64,000 bases of DNA from a candidate division Zixibacteria bacterium RBG-1 (lineage in GTDB: Bacteria > Zixibacteria > MSB-5A5 > DSPP01 > RBG-1). Of the stretch, positions 9,062 to 18,475 are shown piece after piece; position 1 is the stretch's first letter, and each line of letters starts with the position of its first letter. The translations under genes and the position numbers were made by a program. The notes beneath the pieces are model-generated. The model was not told where the DNA came from, did not search any database, and saw only the letters and a program-made list of their open reading frames with translations. The stretch spans positions 40,825 through 104,824 of the forward strand of contig AUYT01000001.1 of NCBI GenBank assembly GCA_000447245.1. Direction: 5' to 3'.

Positions 9062-9762
9062 GCCTGATTCCCTCCCGCTGCAACTTTTTCTTCTACCTCG
9101 GTTGTTGCTGCATAACCTACGGTCCCTAAGAATTCAGAAGTTTCCCTTGAAACCGGTACCGGCTCCCTTTGAGCGCTGGCTATGATTTTGTGGATTTGGT
9201 CCAGTCCTTTAATCCGGCTAGGCCTAAAAGACAAGCGACCGTGAATAAAAAGCTTCCAGGCTAAGGGAGCCATTTGCCAGAATTTTTTCAGCCCGGTTCT
9301 AAAATTAAAACGCCTAATCAAGCCCAACTCATAATTCCGCCCATACTTGTTCACCATTTTCACAAATTGCTCTGACAGATGGTAGACCGGAAACCGGGAG
9401 GGGAATATTCCTTTCTCGATAGCTATTCTCTTTAAAGCGTACAGAATGTCGGTAATTTTAATGCCAGCTGGACATCGAGTAGTACAGACATAGCAAGAAG
9501 CGCAAACCCAGATAGTGCGTGATCTCAAGATTGCCTCAATGTCCCCAGCTCTGAAAAGTGCCATTACCCCCCGAGGAGAAATATCCATAGCATAGCTGAC
9601 CGGGCAGGAGCCGGTACAGGTACCACATTGAATACAGGCTTTTATTTTGTCACCCCCGGGGATAACCTCTAACTGGGATAGAAAGGCACCCCTTAATTCT
9701 CTTTCTGACTTAGACCATACACCCGGTTGGTTCATCTCCAGCGCCATCTTTTCTCCTGCCAT
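9058..9762 (-). CDS. hdrC: Heterodisulfide reductase subunit C-like (4Fe-4S dicluster protein)
   Basis: CIQCGTCTGSCPV and CASCYVCTTRCPA motifs. ATGA overlap with hdrB at 9058-9061. First gene of the co-directional cluster. Confidence 0.8.
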   Translation of the reverse strand: MAGEKMALEMNQPGVWSKSERELRGAFLSQLEVIPGGDKIKACIQCGTCTGSCPVSYAMDISPRGVMALFRAGDIEAILRSRTIWVCASCYVCTTRCPAGIKITDILYALKRIAIEKGIFPSRFPVYHLSEQFVKMVNKYGRNYELGLIRRFNFRTGLKKFWQMAPLAWKLFIHGRLSFRPSRIKGLDQIHKIIASAQREPVPVSRETSEFLGTVGYAATTEVEEKVAAGGNQA

Positions 9763-9924
9763 TTAAAACCTTTCTCATCAGATTTATCCACAAAATTAGT
9801 GCCAAAAATTAAGCCCACTTCTAAAAATTATGACATAGGCAACTAGTTATATTGCAAAAAGTTAGATAAATAAATTTAAATGCTTTTTATTCATCATATT
9901 TGATAAATGGACAATCTGTCACTT

Positions 9925-9940
9925 TGTGATATTTTTCACA
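9925..9940. promoter_or_regulatory. CRP/FNR-family-type palindrome TGTGA-N6-TCACA upstream of hdrC
   Basis: Exact TGTGATATTTTTCACA read at 9925-9940, about 165-180 nt upstream of the hdrC start (9762) in a 220-nt AT-rich intergenic region. Confidence 0.35.
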
Positions 9941-9982
9941 AAACAAGGTAGACATTTCTTCCTCACTAAATTATCACTGTTA

Positions 9983-10492
9983 TTATCTCCTGCGCATCCG
10001 TTGTTCTGGTTTCCAGGGTTCTTCACCACAGGAGAAATAATTGGGATAACGGTGGCATAACTCACTTTCTGCCTGCAAACGCATTTGATGGGAGTATTCC
10101 ATATCAGCTAAGAAGCGGAACATTTTCTTACCTGAGAGTTCCGGAGTTTGCTCGGCTGCATCCAGATAAAAATCCCGGGATTTTCTCTCTTCATCTATAG
10201 CCAGTTGTAGTACCTCAGCTAAAGACTTGTTAGCTATTTTCCCCTTGGTGCTAAAAATAACCGGTAAAACCGATGGCGGAAGTTTCAGCTTTACCTGTGG
10301 GAACAAACGATTATACATATCTTCTAAAATCTTTTGGTGCTGTTTTTCTTCTTTTAGTAACTGTTTGAAGCGACCAGCGACCGTTGCGGAAGCAGTCATC
10401 TGCCCCAATTCTTCATACAAATCTTGCGCATCCATTTCTGAGCGTATGGCTATTCCTAATGCTTCCAGAGAAGTTAAGTGTTTACTTTTCAC
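9983..10492 (-). CDS. Rubrerythrin/erythrin-like diiron ferritin-fold protein (no rubredoxin domain)
   Basis: Four-helix-bundle style ligand pattern: E..(DAQDLYEEL), EEKQHQKILE (ExxH), AIDEERKSRDFY, DMEYSHQMRL (ExxH). Confidence 0.7.
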   Translation of the reverse strand: MKSKHLTSLEALGIAIRSEMDAQDLYEELGQMTASATVAGRFKQLLKEEKQHQKILEDMYNRLFPQVKLKLPPSVLPVIFSTKGKIANKSLAEVLQLAIDEERKSRDFYLDAAEQTPELSGKKMFRFLADMEYSHQMRLQAESELCHRYPNYFSCGEEPWKPEQRMRRR

Positions 10493-11264
10493 CTTATGGT
10501 TCCCCTATCCAATTCATCTTGTATTCGCTATCGGTTATTCGCCTACGCTTGTGAATAAATTCACAATCAATATACGCTAGCTGGAAAGGTTCGTCAAGAA
10601 AAAAATAAGGTTTTTTATAACTTCTTAATTGAAAAGAGTTTACCATATCAATGGAAGCCTAAAACCAATCTGATTAAAAGAGAATTAAGTGAATTATTTC
10701 ATAAGATATAGGGCATAATAAATCCGGAACAATGAACCAGTTTCCAGATTTTTATAGTATTCTTGAAGTTGGCTTAGGTGATTAAAAAAATAAAGTTTTA
10801 GAACGAAATAGTGAAGCTATAAAGGCCAGGAAGTTAAGGACCAACATCCCATAGAAAGGGCTTTCCTACCCTCTCTATAAGTCTTTTAAACCTCCTTGCT
10901 TAACAACTCCTTCAAGTTTGGGCCCTGGCGAAAATATCTTTTAAGGATTCGTAAAACCTAATTTCAGAGCTATTTTTGTAGTTCATCTTATCCCTCTAAT
11001 TATATTTCTTTTATCTTTATTCAAGTTTATAAACTTGTGTAAAGACCGCTTATTGAAAGAATACTTGATTCCCAAAATATAAAATTTAGTCAGACTTTAA
11101 GCAACTTGAAAATTCCCACTCTTGTGGCTCTTTCTAACATTTTTCTAACAAACTAAGCCAAAACATGGTAAAATAAGAAAAAACACCAAGCAATACCAAC
11201 TCAGCCAAGTTGTTGCTGATGTTACAGGTTAGTGCCTGGTGTTTCCTGTTGTTTTAGACAAAAA

Positions 11265-11311
11265 GCAAGCTCATAACTCGAAGGTCGTTGGTTCAAATCC
11301 AATCTCAGCTA
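11265..11311 (+). other. tRNA-like 3' fragment: degenerate CAT anticodon arm, T-arm and acceptor 3' strand, with no 5' half
   Basis: gcaag-CTCATAA-ctcga (only 3 of 5 stem pairs), then GTTGG-TTCAAAT-CCAAT T-arm, then CTCAGCT+A. No complementary AGCTGAG acceptor 5' strand or D-arm lies within 100 nt upstream. Confidence 0.3.
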
Positions 11312-11732
11312 TTTTTTTCTATAAATACCTTGTGCCCTATTTGTGCCCCTTCTAAATCAAAACAAACCAAAATGTGATTTTTGGGTTAGTTCAATCTACT
11401 TTGGTTTATCTCGACGTATTTAGTTATAAAACATAAACTTAAATTCGAATGAAATGCTAAATCGTTGCTATTTCTTATTTTTCTTTTGGGGCTTTTTCGC
11501 TCTGTCACCGCGGAAGTTGTCCCGTTTGAAGGTCGGGAAGTCTCGTCATCCCCGTTCTTTATCACTTCCAACGAGCTTTAGATTGGCCCAAAGATACCCC
11601 AGAAATTTCCTAAAATTATCCCAAAAATATAAAGATATTTTAACCTTCTGGTTGAAAAAGAGTAACTTCTTCCCTTGATTTTTTTAGGAGAGTAGCATAA
11701 TATAGAATAATAAGAAGAAAAGGAGAACTAAG

Positions 11733-12878
11733 ATGAAGGCAAAGATAACAGTAGACAAGAAAGCAGACCTGGCTGGTCCAGGCATTGGCAGCTATGACGA
11801 GTTAGAGAAAATCCTGCCACAGGATTACAGCTCTTTGTTAACCCCAAAAGAAACCATGCAAGCCCTCTTTGAGGTAAAAAATTATATCGAGGAAAATCTG
11901 TGTAAAGAACTCAATCTGACGATGGTTCAGGTTCCTCTGATCGTAGATGTTGAGAGTGGTGTAAATGACCTTCTGGACCGGGATGGTTCACGGACCCCTA
12001 TTCAGTTCCATATTTCCAATGACTATGATAAACACCCCCTCGATGCCCAGGTGGTACAAGCTGCCACCAAGTGGAAGCGCGTGGCACTCAAGCAGTTCGA
12101 AATGAAAGTCGGCGAGGGCTTGTGCACTGACATGCGGGCGGTGCGTAAGGATTACTTCCTGGACCATGACCATAGCGTATATGTAGACCAGTGGGACTGG
12201 GAAAAAGTGATAACTGAAAAGCAGCGTAACCTGAAATCCTTGAAAGAAGTGGTAGAAAAAATCTGGAAAGTTCTCAAGGGGGCTGAGACCCATGTCCAAA
12301 AGCTTTTCCCAAAGTTGAAAACAGACAAGTACCCTAATCTCCCTGAAAAACTTACCTTCTTACATGCCGAAGACATTCTAGATAGATTTCCTAGCCTGCC
12401 GCGCAAGCAGCGTGAGACCGCTATCTTGCAAGAATACCCAGCCATCTTCATCATTGGGATTGGCTGGACTCTCAAGGACAGTTTCCCGCACGAAATGAGA
12501 GCTGCTGACTATGATGACTGGGTCACAGAGACAACTTCAGAGGATGGAAGACCCCGGCATGGTCTTAACGGTGACATTCTGGTCTGGAATCCAGTGACAA
12601 GGCGACGGCATGAATTGACATCCATGGGTATCCGGGTTAACGCCCATACTCTCAAAAAGCAATTAGAGATTACTGGCCAGCTGGATTTCCTTAAGTATCC
12701 ATATCATCAAGCTATAATAAATAACCAGATCCCACTTAGTATTGGTGGTGGCATTGGGCAATCTCGCACCTATATGCTTCTTTTGAAGAAAGCGCACTTA
12801 GGAGAGATCAGTGTTACTGTATGGCCAAAGATACTCAAAGAGATGTGTAAGAAAAAAAATATCTATGTACTGGAGTGA
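11733..12878 (+). CDS. asnA: Aspartate--ammonia ligase (asparagine synthetase A)
   Basis: Class-II aaRS-like AsnA hallmarks, e.g. DWEKVI, LSIGGGIGQSRTYMLLLKKAHLGE. AGGAG RBS upstream of the ATG. About 35 aa longer at the N-terminus than the E. coli AsnA as I remember it. Confidence 0.85.
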   Translation: MKAKITVDKKADLAGPGIGSYDELEKILPQDYSSLLTPKETMQALFEVKNYIEENLCKELNLTMVQVPLIVDVESGVNDLLDRDGSRTPIQFHISNDYDKHPLDAQVVQAATKWKRVALKQFEMKVGEGLCTDMRAVRKDYFLDHDHSVYVDQWDWEKVITEKQRNLKSLKEVVEKIWKVLKGAETHVQKLFPKLKTDKYPNLPEKLTFLHAEDILDRFPSLPRKQRETAILQEYPAIFIIGIGWTLKDSFPHEMRAADYDDWVTETTSEDGRPRHGLNGDILVWNPVTRRRHELTSMGIRVNAHTLKKQLEITGQLDFLKYPYHQAIINNQIPLSIGGGIGQSRTYMLLLKKAHLGEISVTVWPKILKEMCKKKNIYVLE

Positions 12879-13101
12879 ACACCGCTCACCTCAGATACAG
12901 AGGTCAAAAGATGTGTGCTCTTGACCTTGTCATAGGCACCTGTCACAGTAGCTTCAAATAAATTCTAAAATCATCCGGACTCTCCCCTATATAATAGTTT
13001 TTGGATATGTTAGAGATATAAAGACGGGGTGGAAGCTTTTCCGTTTACGAGATCTAAAAGCCTGATCATTCCTGCTTGATTTTTAAATAAAAACTAATAC
13101 T

Positions 13102-13965
13102 CTAAGCATAAATCTTCTCAAAAATCTTATCAGACATCCACAATGTCAAAACACCCAGTAATAGACCAGCCACCACATCTGAAGCATAATGGAAACGGCA
13201 ATAAACCGTAGCTACAAATAAAGTCAGTATAAAAGGGCTTAAAATATAAAACAAAGTTTTGTGATATCTAAAAGCAAAAACCAAAACTACCAAAGCCACC
13301 GCCACATGCGAAGAAGGCATACAGCCGCCGTGAATTCCCCCCAGATCAATAACCCATTTAGCCAGAGGTGTAAAAAGAGGTCCTTGCAACTCCAAAGTAT
13401 GAAAATTACTTAAGGCATACCGAGGTCCTTCAACCGGATAGAGAAGAAAACCCAAATAAGAAATATAAAATGCTACAGCTATGGTGAATAAGAACTGATT
13501 GAATACTTTGTATTCCTTTTTCAGATATAAAGCTATTCCTAAGATGGGGAACAAAAAATAATAGGAAAAATACCCCAAACCCATAACCTCATTCAAAGGA
13601 ACTGATACAATTTTTTCTAACCAGACTGTGGGGTAAACACCCAATAGGTGCTTCTCCAAAGCATTAATCTGGTAATCAAACCACTTGGGAAAAATAATAT
13701 GGACCAAACTGGCAGTCTCCTCATATAAAAAAGTGAATAGAATCATAGGATAGAAATAGCGGATGAATTTCTGCCATGCGGAGGTGTGGGAGGTGGAATG
13801 TACAATAAATAAAATTACCACCGCTATGAGAAGATTGTAAAACAACAAAAACTTCCAGTTATCCAAATTATGACTGAATACCAGAATCAGCAGAATTATC
13901 GAAGAGTTATACCCCAAAGTAAGCACATCTATAGGCCAAAACAGCTTTTTTCCTTCCAGCGGCAT
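13102..13965 (-). CDS. PAP2-superfamily integral membrane phosphatase/transferase-like protein
   Basis: Multi-TM protein with PAP2 motifs PSSHVA and CRFHYASDVVAG near the C-terminus. Confidence 0.7.
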   Translation of the reverse strand: MPLEGKKLFWPIDVLTLGYNSSIILLILVFSHNLDNWKFLLFYNLLIAVVILFIVHSTSHTSAWQKFIRYFYPMILFTFLYEETASLVHIIFPKWFDYQINALEKHLLGVYPTVWLEKIVSVPLNEVMGLGYFSYYFLFPILGIALYLKKEYKVFNQFLFTIAVAFYISYLGFLLYPVEGPRYALSNFHTLELQGPLFTPLAKWVIDLGGIHGGCMPSSHVAVALVVLVFAFRYHKTLFYILSPFILTLFVATVYCRFHYASDVVAGLLLGVLTLWMSDKIFEKIYA

Positions 13966-13971
13966 AAGAAC

Positions 13972-14661
13972 TTAATCCTTTTTCCCTTCCACTACAATAA
14001 TCAACTCTCCCTTAACTTTCCCCTGTTGAAAATATCCCAAAACCTCTGAAACAGCCCCTCTTTTTATTTCCTCAAATTTTTTGGTCAATTCCCGGGCTAC
14101 ACAAATCCTTCTGTCTCCCAAAATCTGCCTAACTTCCTCTAAAAATTTCAACAAGCGGTAGGGAGATTCATAAAAAATCAAGGTTCTTTTTTCTTGGGCT
14201 AATTCTTCCAATCTTCTCCTTCTTTTTTGAGGTTTGTTGGGGAGAAACCCTTCGAAGCTAAATTTATCCGTCGGCAGTCCGGAAACTACCAAAGCCGAAA
14301 TAAAAGCCGCCGGACCCGGGATGGGAACTATCTGAATCTGATTTTCTATGGCTAATTTTATCAATAGATAGCCAGGGTCGGAGATTCCCGGTGTACCTGC
14401 ATCGGAAACCAAGGCAACCGACCTCCCTGACAAGATTTGTTGGATTAACTCCGGACCTTTCTTCTGTTTATTGAAATCATGGTAGCTGGTTAAAGGAGTA
14501 GTTATGCTGTAATTTTTCAGCAAAATTCCGCTATGTCGGGTATCCTCGGCCGCTATTAAATCGACCTGCTTTAGAGTTTCAATGGCCCTTAAAGTTATAT
14601 CCGACAGATTGCCGATGGGGGTACTGACTACATATAAAATTCCGAACTTAGCTTGATTCAT
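13972..14661 (-). CDS. rsmI: 16S rRNA (cytidine1402-2'-O)-methyltransferase RsmI
   Basis: LYVVSTPIGNLSDITLRAIETLKQVDLIAAEDTRHSGILL and the tetrapyrrole-methylase fold pattern. Start placed at the ATG at 14661; the track start at 14706 is a TTG. Confidence 0.9.
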   Translation of the reverse strand: MNQAKFGILYVVSTPIGNLSDITLRAIETLKQVDLIAAEDTRHSGILLKNYSITTPLTSYHDFNKQKKGPELIQQILSGRSVALVSDAGTPGISDPGYLLIKLAIENQIQIVPIPGPAAFISALVVSGLPTDKFSFEGFLPNKPQKRRRRLEELAQEKRTLIFYESPYRLLKFLEEVRQILGDRRICVARELTKKFEEIKRGAVSEVLGYFQQGKVKGELIIVVEGKKD

Positions 14662-14823
14662 CTTCAGATTTTCCTCAAAAATAAGCAAATCTTCTATTAG
14701 GGGCAAGCAGTCAAATCACTTTTGATGCAACCTTTTGAGGATTACTTTGTCTTGACAAATAGATGCTTGAAGTATTATATTGTGAAAAATTTAACAAGAA
14801 GTGAAATCCAAGAGGAGGATTAA

Positions 14824-16722
14824 ATGAAGAAGGTTTTATGTCTTATCAGTGCAGGTTTATTGCTTTTAATCGGCTGGCAATGCAGCCAGACCCCTAAATT
14901 CAAAACTTACCCCCTAGAGACTTTTTTCGACTATAAATCCGTCTCCAGCGCCACCTTTTCACCGGATGAGAAAACTATTGCTTACATTTCCAATGCCAGC
15001 GGGGTTCACAATATCTGGACTGTGCCGACAAGCGGGGGTACCCCTAAACAGTTAACCAATGAGACCAAAAATACCATTTTGTTTGTAACCTGGTGTCCAA
15101 ACCGGGATTCCATGATTTATGGACAGGACGAAGGAGGGAATGAAAATTTTCATATATTTATTATGCCGGCCAAAGGTGGTCCGGCTACTGATCTAACTCC
15201 CGGTAAAGAGGTGAGAGCCCAGATTTTGAAATGGTCCAAGGACGGGAACAGCTTTTTGTATATGAGCAACAAAAGGGACCCTCGACTTTTTGATATTTAC
15301 AAATTTGATCTTGGCACCGGTCAATCAGAGATGCTCTACCAAACCCAGGCAAGCGAATCTTTTGCAGACTGGTCTGATGATGAGAAAAAGCTGGCTTTCT
15401 CTCTTTTTTACGTAGCTACCGATATGGATGTTTTGGTTTATGATATTGAAACACAAAAGATGGAAAATTTAACCGCCCACCCCGGTCAGGGAGAAATTGT
15501 CAACGAACCGGCTACCTTTTCACCGGATTCTAAATGGCTTTACTTTTTGAATGATAAAGATAGCGAATTTATGAAATTGAAACGAATTAATCTAGCTACT
15601 AAAGCAGTGGAAACTGTAGAAGAAACCAACTGGGATGTGATATCAGCCGGATTTTCATTTAACGGTAGATACTTTGTGACTGGTATTAATGAAGACGGTT
15701 CCACCAAAATCAAAATCACGGATTTGCAGCAGAATAAGGAAGTTCCTCTGCCCCAGCTACCTAACGGTGAGATAAAAGGGCTGGAGTTTTCACGCTCGGA
15801 GAGGTACTTGATCTACTACTTCAATGGCGACCGGCAGCCTACCAATCTGTATGTGGTGGATTTACAGAATAATAAAAATCTGCAGCTGACCAATAGCTTA
15901 CCCGAAGAAATTGACCAAAGAATCTTGTCTGAATCAGAGTTGGTGAGATATCCTACCTTTGACGGTAAACAAATTCCTGCTTATCTATACAAACCCCTAG
16001 ACTTGAAACCCGGTGAAAAAGCTCCCGCCATTATTGAAGTGCACGGGGGTCCAATGTTTCAGGAAACTAAAAGATTTGGTCCCTTAAGACAGTTTTTAGT
16101 CAACCATGGTTATGTGCTCTTAGTTCCTAATGTCCGTGGTAGCACAGGCTATGGGAAAACCTATCACATTTTAGATGACCATGATTGGGGTGGTGCTCCT
16201 TTACAAGATGTAGTCTGGGGAAAGAAATATTTAGCCACTCTAGACTATGTAGATACTTCCAAAGTTGTGATTTTAGGAGGAAGCTATGGGGGTTATATGA
16301 CCTTAGCGGGTTTAACTTTTGCTCCCGACGTTTTTGCAGCCGGGGTGGATATCTGTGGGCCATCTAACTTGCAAACCCTCTTAGCTAGTGTACCTCCATA
16401 TTGGGAGCCATTCATAAAATATTTCCATCGGGAAGTGGGAGATCCCAAAAAGGATCAAAAGTTTTTGAAAGAAAGATCCCCTTTGTTTTCGGCTGACAGA
16501 ATCCAGAGACCTCTGTTTGTGATTCAGGGTGCCAACGACCCCAGAGTCAAACAACAGGAATCTGACCAGATTGTGGATGCTCTGAAGAAAAAAGGTGGGG
16601 TTGTGGAATACATGATTTTCCCGGATGAAGGGCACGGTTTACGCAAAAAAGAAAACCAGATTAAAGCTTACAACAAAGTCAGAGAGTTTCTAGACCAGTA
16701 TATCATGAATAAAGCCTCATAA
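14824..16722 (+). CDS. S9 family serine peptidase (prolyl oligopeptidase/acylaminoacyl-peptidase type) with an N-terminal beta-propeller
   Basis: Signal/lipoprotein-like N-terminus. TolB-like propeller repeats ([20 protein letters not shown]). Catalytic GGSYGGYM nucleophile elbow, plus GANDPRV and DEGHG at the C-terminus. AGGAGG RBS. Confidence 0.9.
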   Translation: MKKVLCLISAGLLLLIGWQCSQTPKFKTYPLETFFDYKSVSSATFSPDEKTIAYISNASGVHNIWTVPTSGGTPKQLTNETKNTILFVTWCPNRDSMIYGQDEGGNENFHIFIMPAKGGPATDLTPGKEVRAQILKWSKDGNSFLYMSNKRDPRLFDIYKFDLGTGQSEMLYQTQASESFADWSDDEKKLAFSLFYVATDMDVLVYDIETQKMENLTAHPGQGEIVNEPATFSPDSKWLYFLNDKDSEFMKLKRINLATKAVETVEETNWDVISAGFSFNGRYFVTGINEDGSTKIKITDLQQNKEVPLPQLPNGEIKGLEFSRSERYLIYYFNGDRQPTNLYVVDLQNNKNLQLTNSLPEEIDQRILSESELVRYPTFDGKQIPAYLYKPLDLKPGEKAPAIIEVHGGPMFQETKRFGPLRQFLVNHGYVLLVPNVRGSTGYGKTYHILDDHDWGGAPLQDVVWGKKYLATLDYVDTSKVVILGGSYGGYMTLAGLTFAPDVFAAGVDICGPSNLQTLLASVPPYWEPFIKYFHREVGDPKKDQKFLKERSPLFSADRIQRPLFVIQGANDPRVKQQESDQIVDALKKKGGVVEYMIFPDEGHGLRKKENQIKAYNKVREFLDQYIMNKAS

Positions 16723-16740
16723 GTATAATTTAAACCCTAA

Positions 16741-16786
16741 CAAGAAAGTAACCTCTTTAAACTGAGAGGTTACTTTCTTGTTTTTA
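16741..16786 (+). terminator. Rho-independent terminator between convergent genes
   Basis: Perfect 15-bp stem caagaaagtaacctc / gaggttactttcttg with a 10-nt loop, followed by TTTTT. Confidence 0.7.
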
Positions 16787-16850
16787 TGGAAATTTTTTTG
16801 GATTAATCTGGGCAATAAAGCTTTAGTCTGCAGAGAACAGATTAAAGCCA

Positions 16851-17750
16851 TCAGTAAGTCTCTATCTCTAACTGCAGGATTTTCCCTTTGATAATCAAAT
16901 TAATTTTAGATTTAGCTTTGGAAAAGTCAGGAGTGGTAAACCCTTCTGCTGTATGGATTAAACTAATATTGGAAAAGGAGCTGCTGGTAAGTCTAGTCAA
17001 ATTTTGAATGGATAGGCCAGCTTCTTTGGGAACTTTCAATTTCAGATAACCAACCTTGGATTTTACTTTACAATCCAACTGCCCTGGTCTTAAGGGTAGT
17101 TTTACTTCGGTGCCGTTAATTTTCAAATCCAGGTCTAAATTTTTCAGATTCAGCCGGCTTAAATCCAGAGTGGCTTCCGAAACCTTGGAAAAAATTTGGA
17201 GGTCTAAGGGTAGGTTGTCGTTAAAGATAACCTTGGAAACATGTTCGGGAGAATCAAAATGAAGCGGAAACGGCATTTTATCCTTCTGGTAAATTTCTAA
17301 AATTCCTCGGGAATCTTCAATGGTCCACTTACATTCCGGTTTTTCCAGAAAATAAGTCAGACTACAAACTGCAATATTTTGACTTCCTCCGGATAAATTG
17401 AGCTCTCTTCCTCCGATATCTATGACCGCGCTAATCTCCTTGACCTTGGTGGACTTTTCCACCTCCCAGTTGAAATATTGGGGTTCAGAAAACCATTTGA
17501 TATCCCGGTGCTCTACCAACAGTGCGGGTCCTAAAATGGCTAAACACCATATTAGGGGTGACAATAGAGCCAATAAATTAAGCTTGCTGCTGCGAAAAAT
17601 CAGCTCAATTCCCCAGGCCACCAGGAAAATGGGCCAGAGCTTCAAAATTGACCACCACACCGACCAGCCCACCTGACCCAGATTATTTAATAAAAAAACC
17701 AAACCGACTGAAATTAGGATTATCCCGTTGCGAATTTTTTTGATATTCAT
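16851..17750 (-). CDS. Membrane protein with a LiaI/LiaF-like N-terminal TM region and a DUF4097/LiaG-like beta-rich C-terminal domain
   Basis: N-terminal LVFLLNNLG...LWPIFLVAWG hydrophobic pattern, long beta-rich C-terminal part. Immediately downstream of two PspC-domain genes, a commonly seen arrangement. Confidence 0.5.
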   Translation of the reverse strand: MNIKKIRNGIILISVGLVFLLNNLGQVGWSVWWSILKLWPIFLVAWGIELIFRSSKLNLLALLSPLIWCLAILGPALLVEHRDIKWFSEPQYFNWEVEKSTKVKEISAVIDIGGRELNLSGGSQNIAVCSLTYFLEKPECKWTIEDSRGILEIYQKDKMPFPLHFDSPEHVSKVIFNDNLPLDLQIFSKVSEATLDLSRLNLKNLDLDLKINGTEVKLPLRPGQLDCKVKSKVGYLKLKVPKEAGLSIQNLTRLTSSSFSNISLIHTAEGFTTPDFSKAKSKINLIIKGKILQLEIETY

Positions 17751-17751
17751 C

Positions 17752-18150
17752 TTAGGCCGATTTGAAAAGTACTACAATTCCTATGACAATCAGAAGCAGG
17801 GGCCATAATTTGCTAAACTGAAACCAAGGAACAAAATTACTGGCCAGAAATATAAATCCCAAGATTAATAGAATCAAACCGGCCAAAAGTCGGCCCCGGT
17901 CCCCTTTGTATTCAGAGGTCTCTGAACTGGGGGCTTCTTCCATTGTAGCGACAGCCTCATTGCCTTCCGGTGCTTTAGGAATGATGAGCCAGCCCAGAAA
18001 ATATATCAGGATAGCGGCTCCTCCGGCAAACACTAAAAGTACCGTCAGTAACCTAATGATAACTGGGTCAACGTCAAAATACTCCGCCATCCCCCCACAA
18101 ACCCCGGCAATCATAACGTCTTTGCGAGAACGATAAAGTCTTTTGGTCAT
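17752..18150 (-). CDS. PspC domain-containing membrane protein
   Basis: LYRSRKDVMIAGVCGGMAEYFDVDPVIIRLL PspC signature, additional C-terminal TM pair. AGGAG RBS. Confidence 0.8.
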   Translation of the reverse strand: MTKRLYRSRKDVMIAGVCGGMAEYFDVDPVIIRLLTVLLVFAGGAAILIYFLGWLIIPKAPEGNEAVATMEEAPSSETSEYKGDRGRLLAGLILLILGFIFLASNFVPWFQFSKLWPLLLIVIGIVVLFKSA

Positions 18151-18184
18151 CTTTGCTCCTTGGTGATTTCCAATCTGCTGTAAA

Positions 18185-18397
18185 TTAGGTAGTTTTTGCT
18201 TGCGCTAAATTTTCCGGTTTTTTGGGAATAAAAATCCAAGCTAAAATATAAGCCAAAATCCCGGTCCCGAAGCCTAAAATTGCAATTAACCAAATAACCC
18301 GCACCAATACCGGGTCGACATTCAAATATTCCCCCACCCCGCTGCAGACTCCGGCAATTATTTTATCCTGGGTATTTCTATAGATTCTTCTTGCCAT
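18185..18397 (-). CDS. PspC domain-containing small membrane protein
   Basis: IYRNTQDKIIAGVCSGVGEYLNVDPVLVRVIW PspC signature. GGAGGG RBS. Confidence 0.8.
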   Translation of the reverse strand: MARRIYRNTQDKIIAGVCSGVGEYLNVDPVLVRVIWLIAILGFGTGILAYILAWIFIPKKPENLAQAKTT

Positions 18398-18475
18398 ACA
18401 CCCTCCTTCTGAACAGCTATTTAATTAGACGGCTGACTTACCACAAAGTTGCATAAAATGGAAACACTGTTTCCT

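Noticed and set aside
11200-11311. Possibility that the tRNA-like element is a complete tRNA, tRNA-Sec or the 3' end of tmRNA
   Set aside because: No 5' acceptor strand complementary to CTCAGCT, no D-arm, and no GGGG...-type tmRNA 5' end at a suitable distance. The loop TTCAAAT read as an anticodon loop would give CAA, with no T-arm downstream.
11386-11678. ORFs 11386..11571 (-) and 11454..11678 (+) in the AT-rich gap
   Set aside because: They are mutually antisense, have no RBS, are basic low-complexity products and show no motif. I also looked for integrase remnants next to the tRNA-like fragment and found none.
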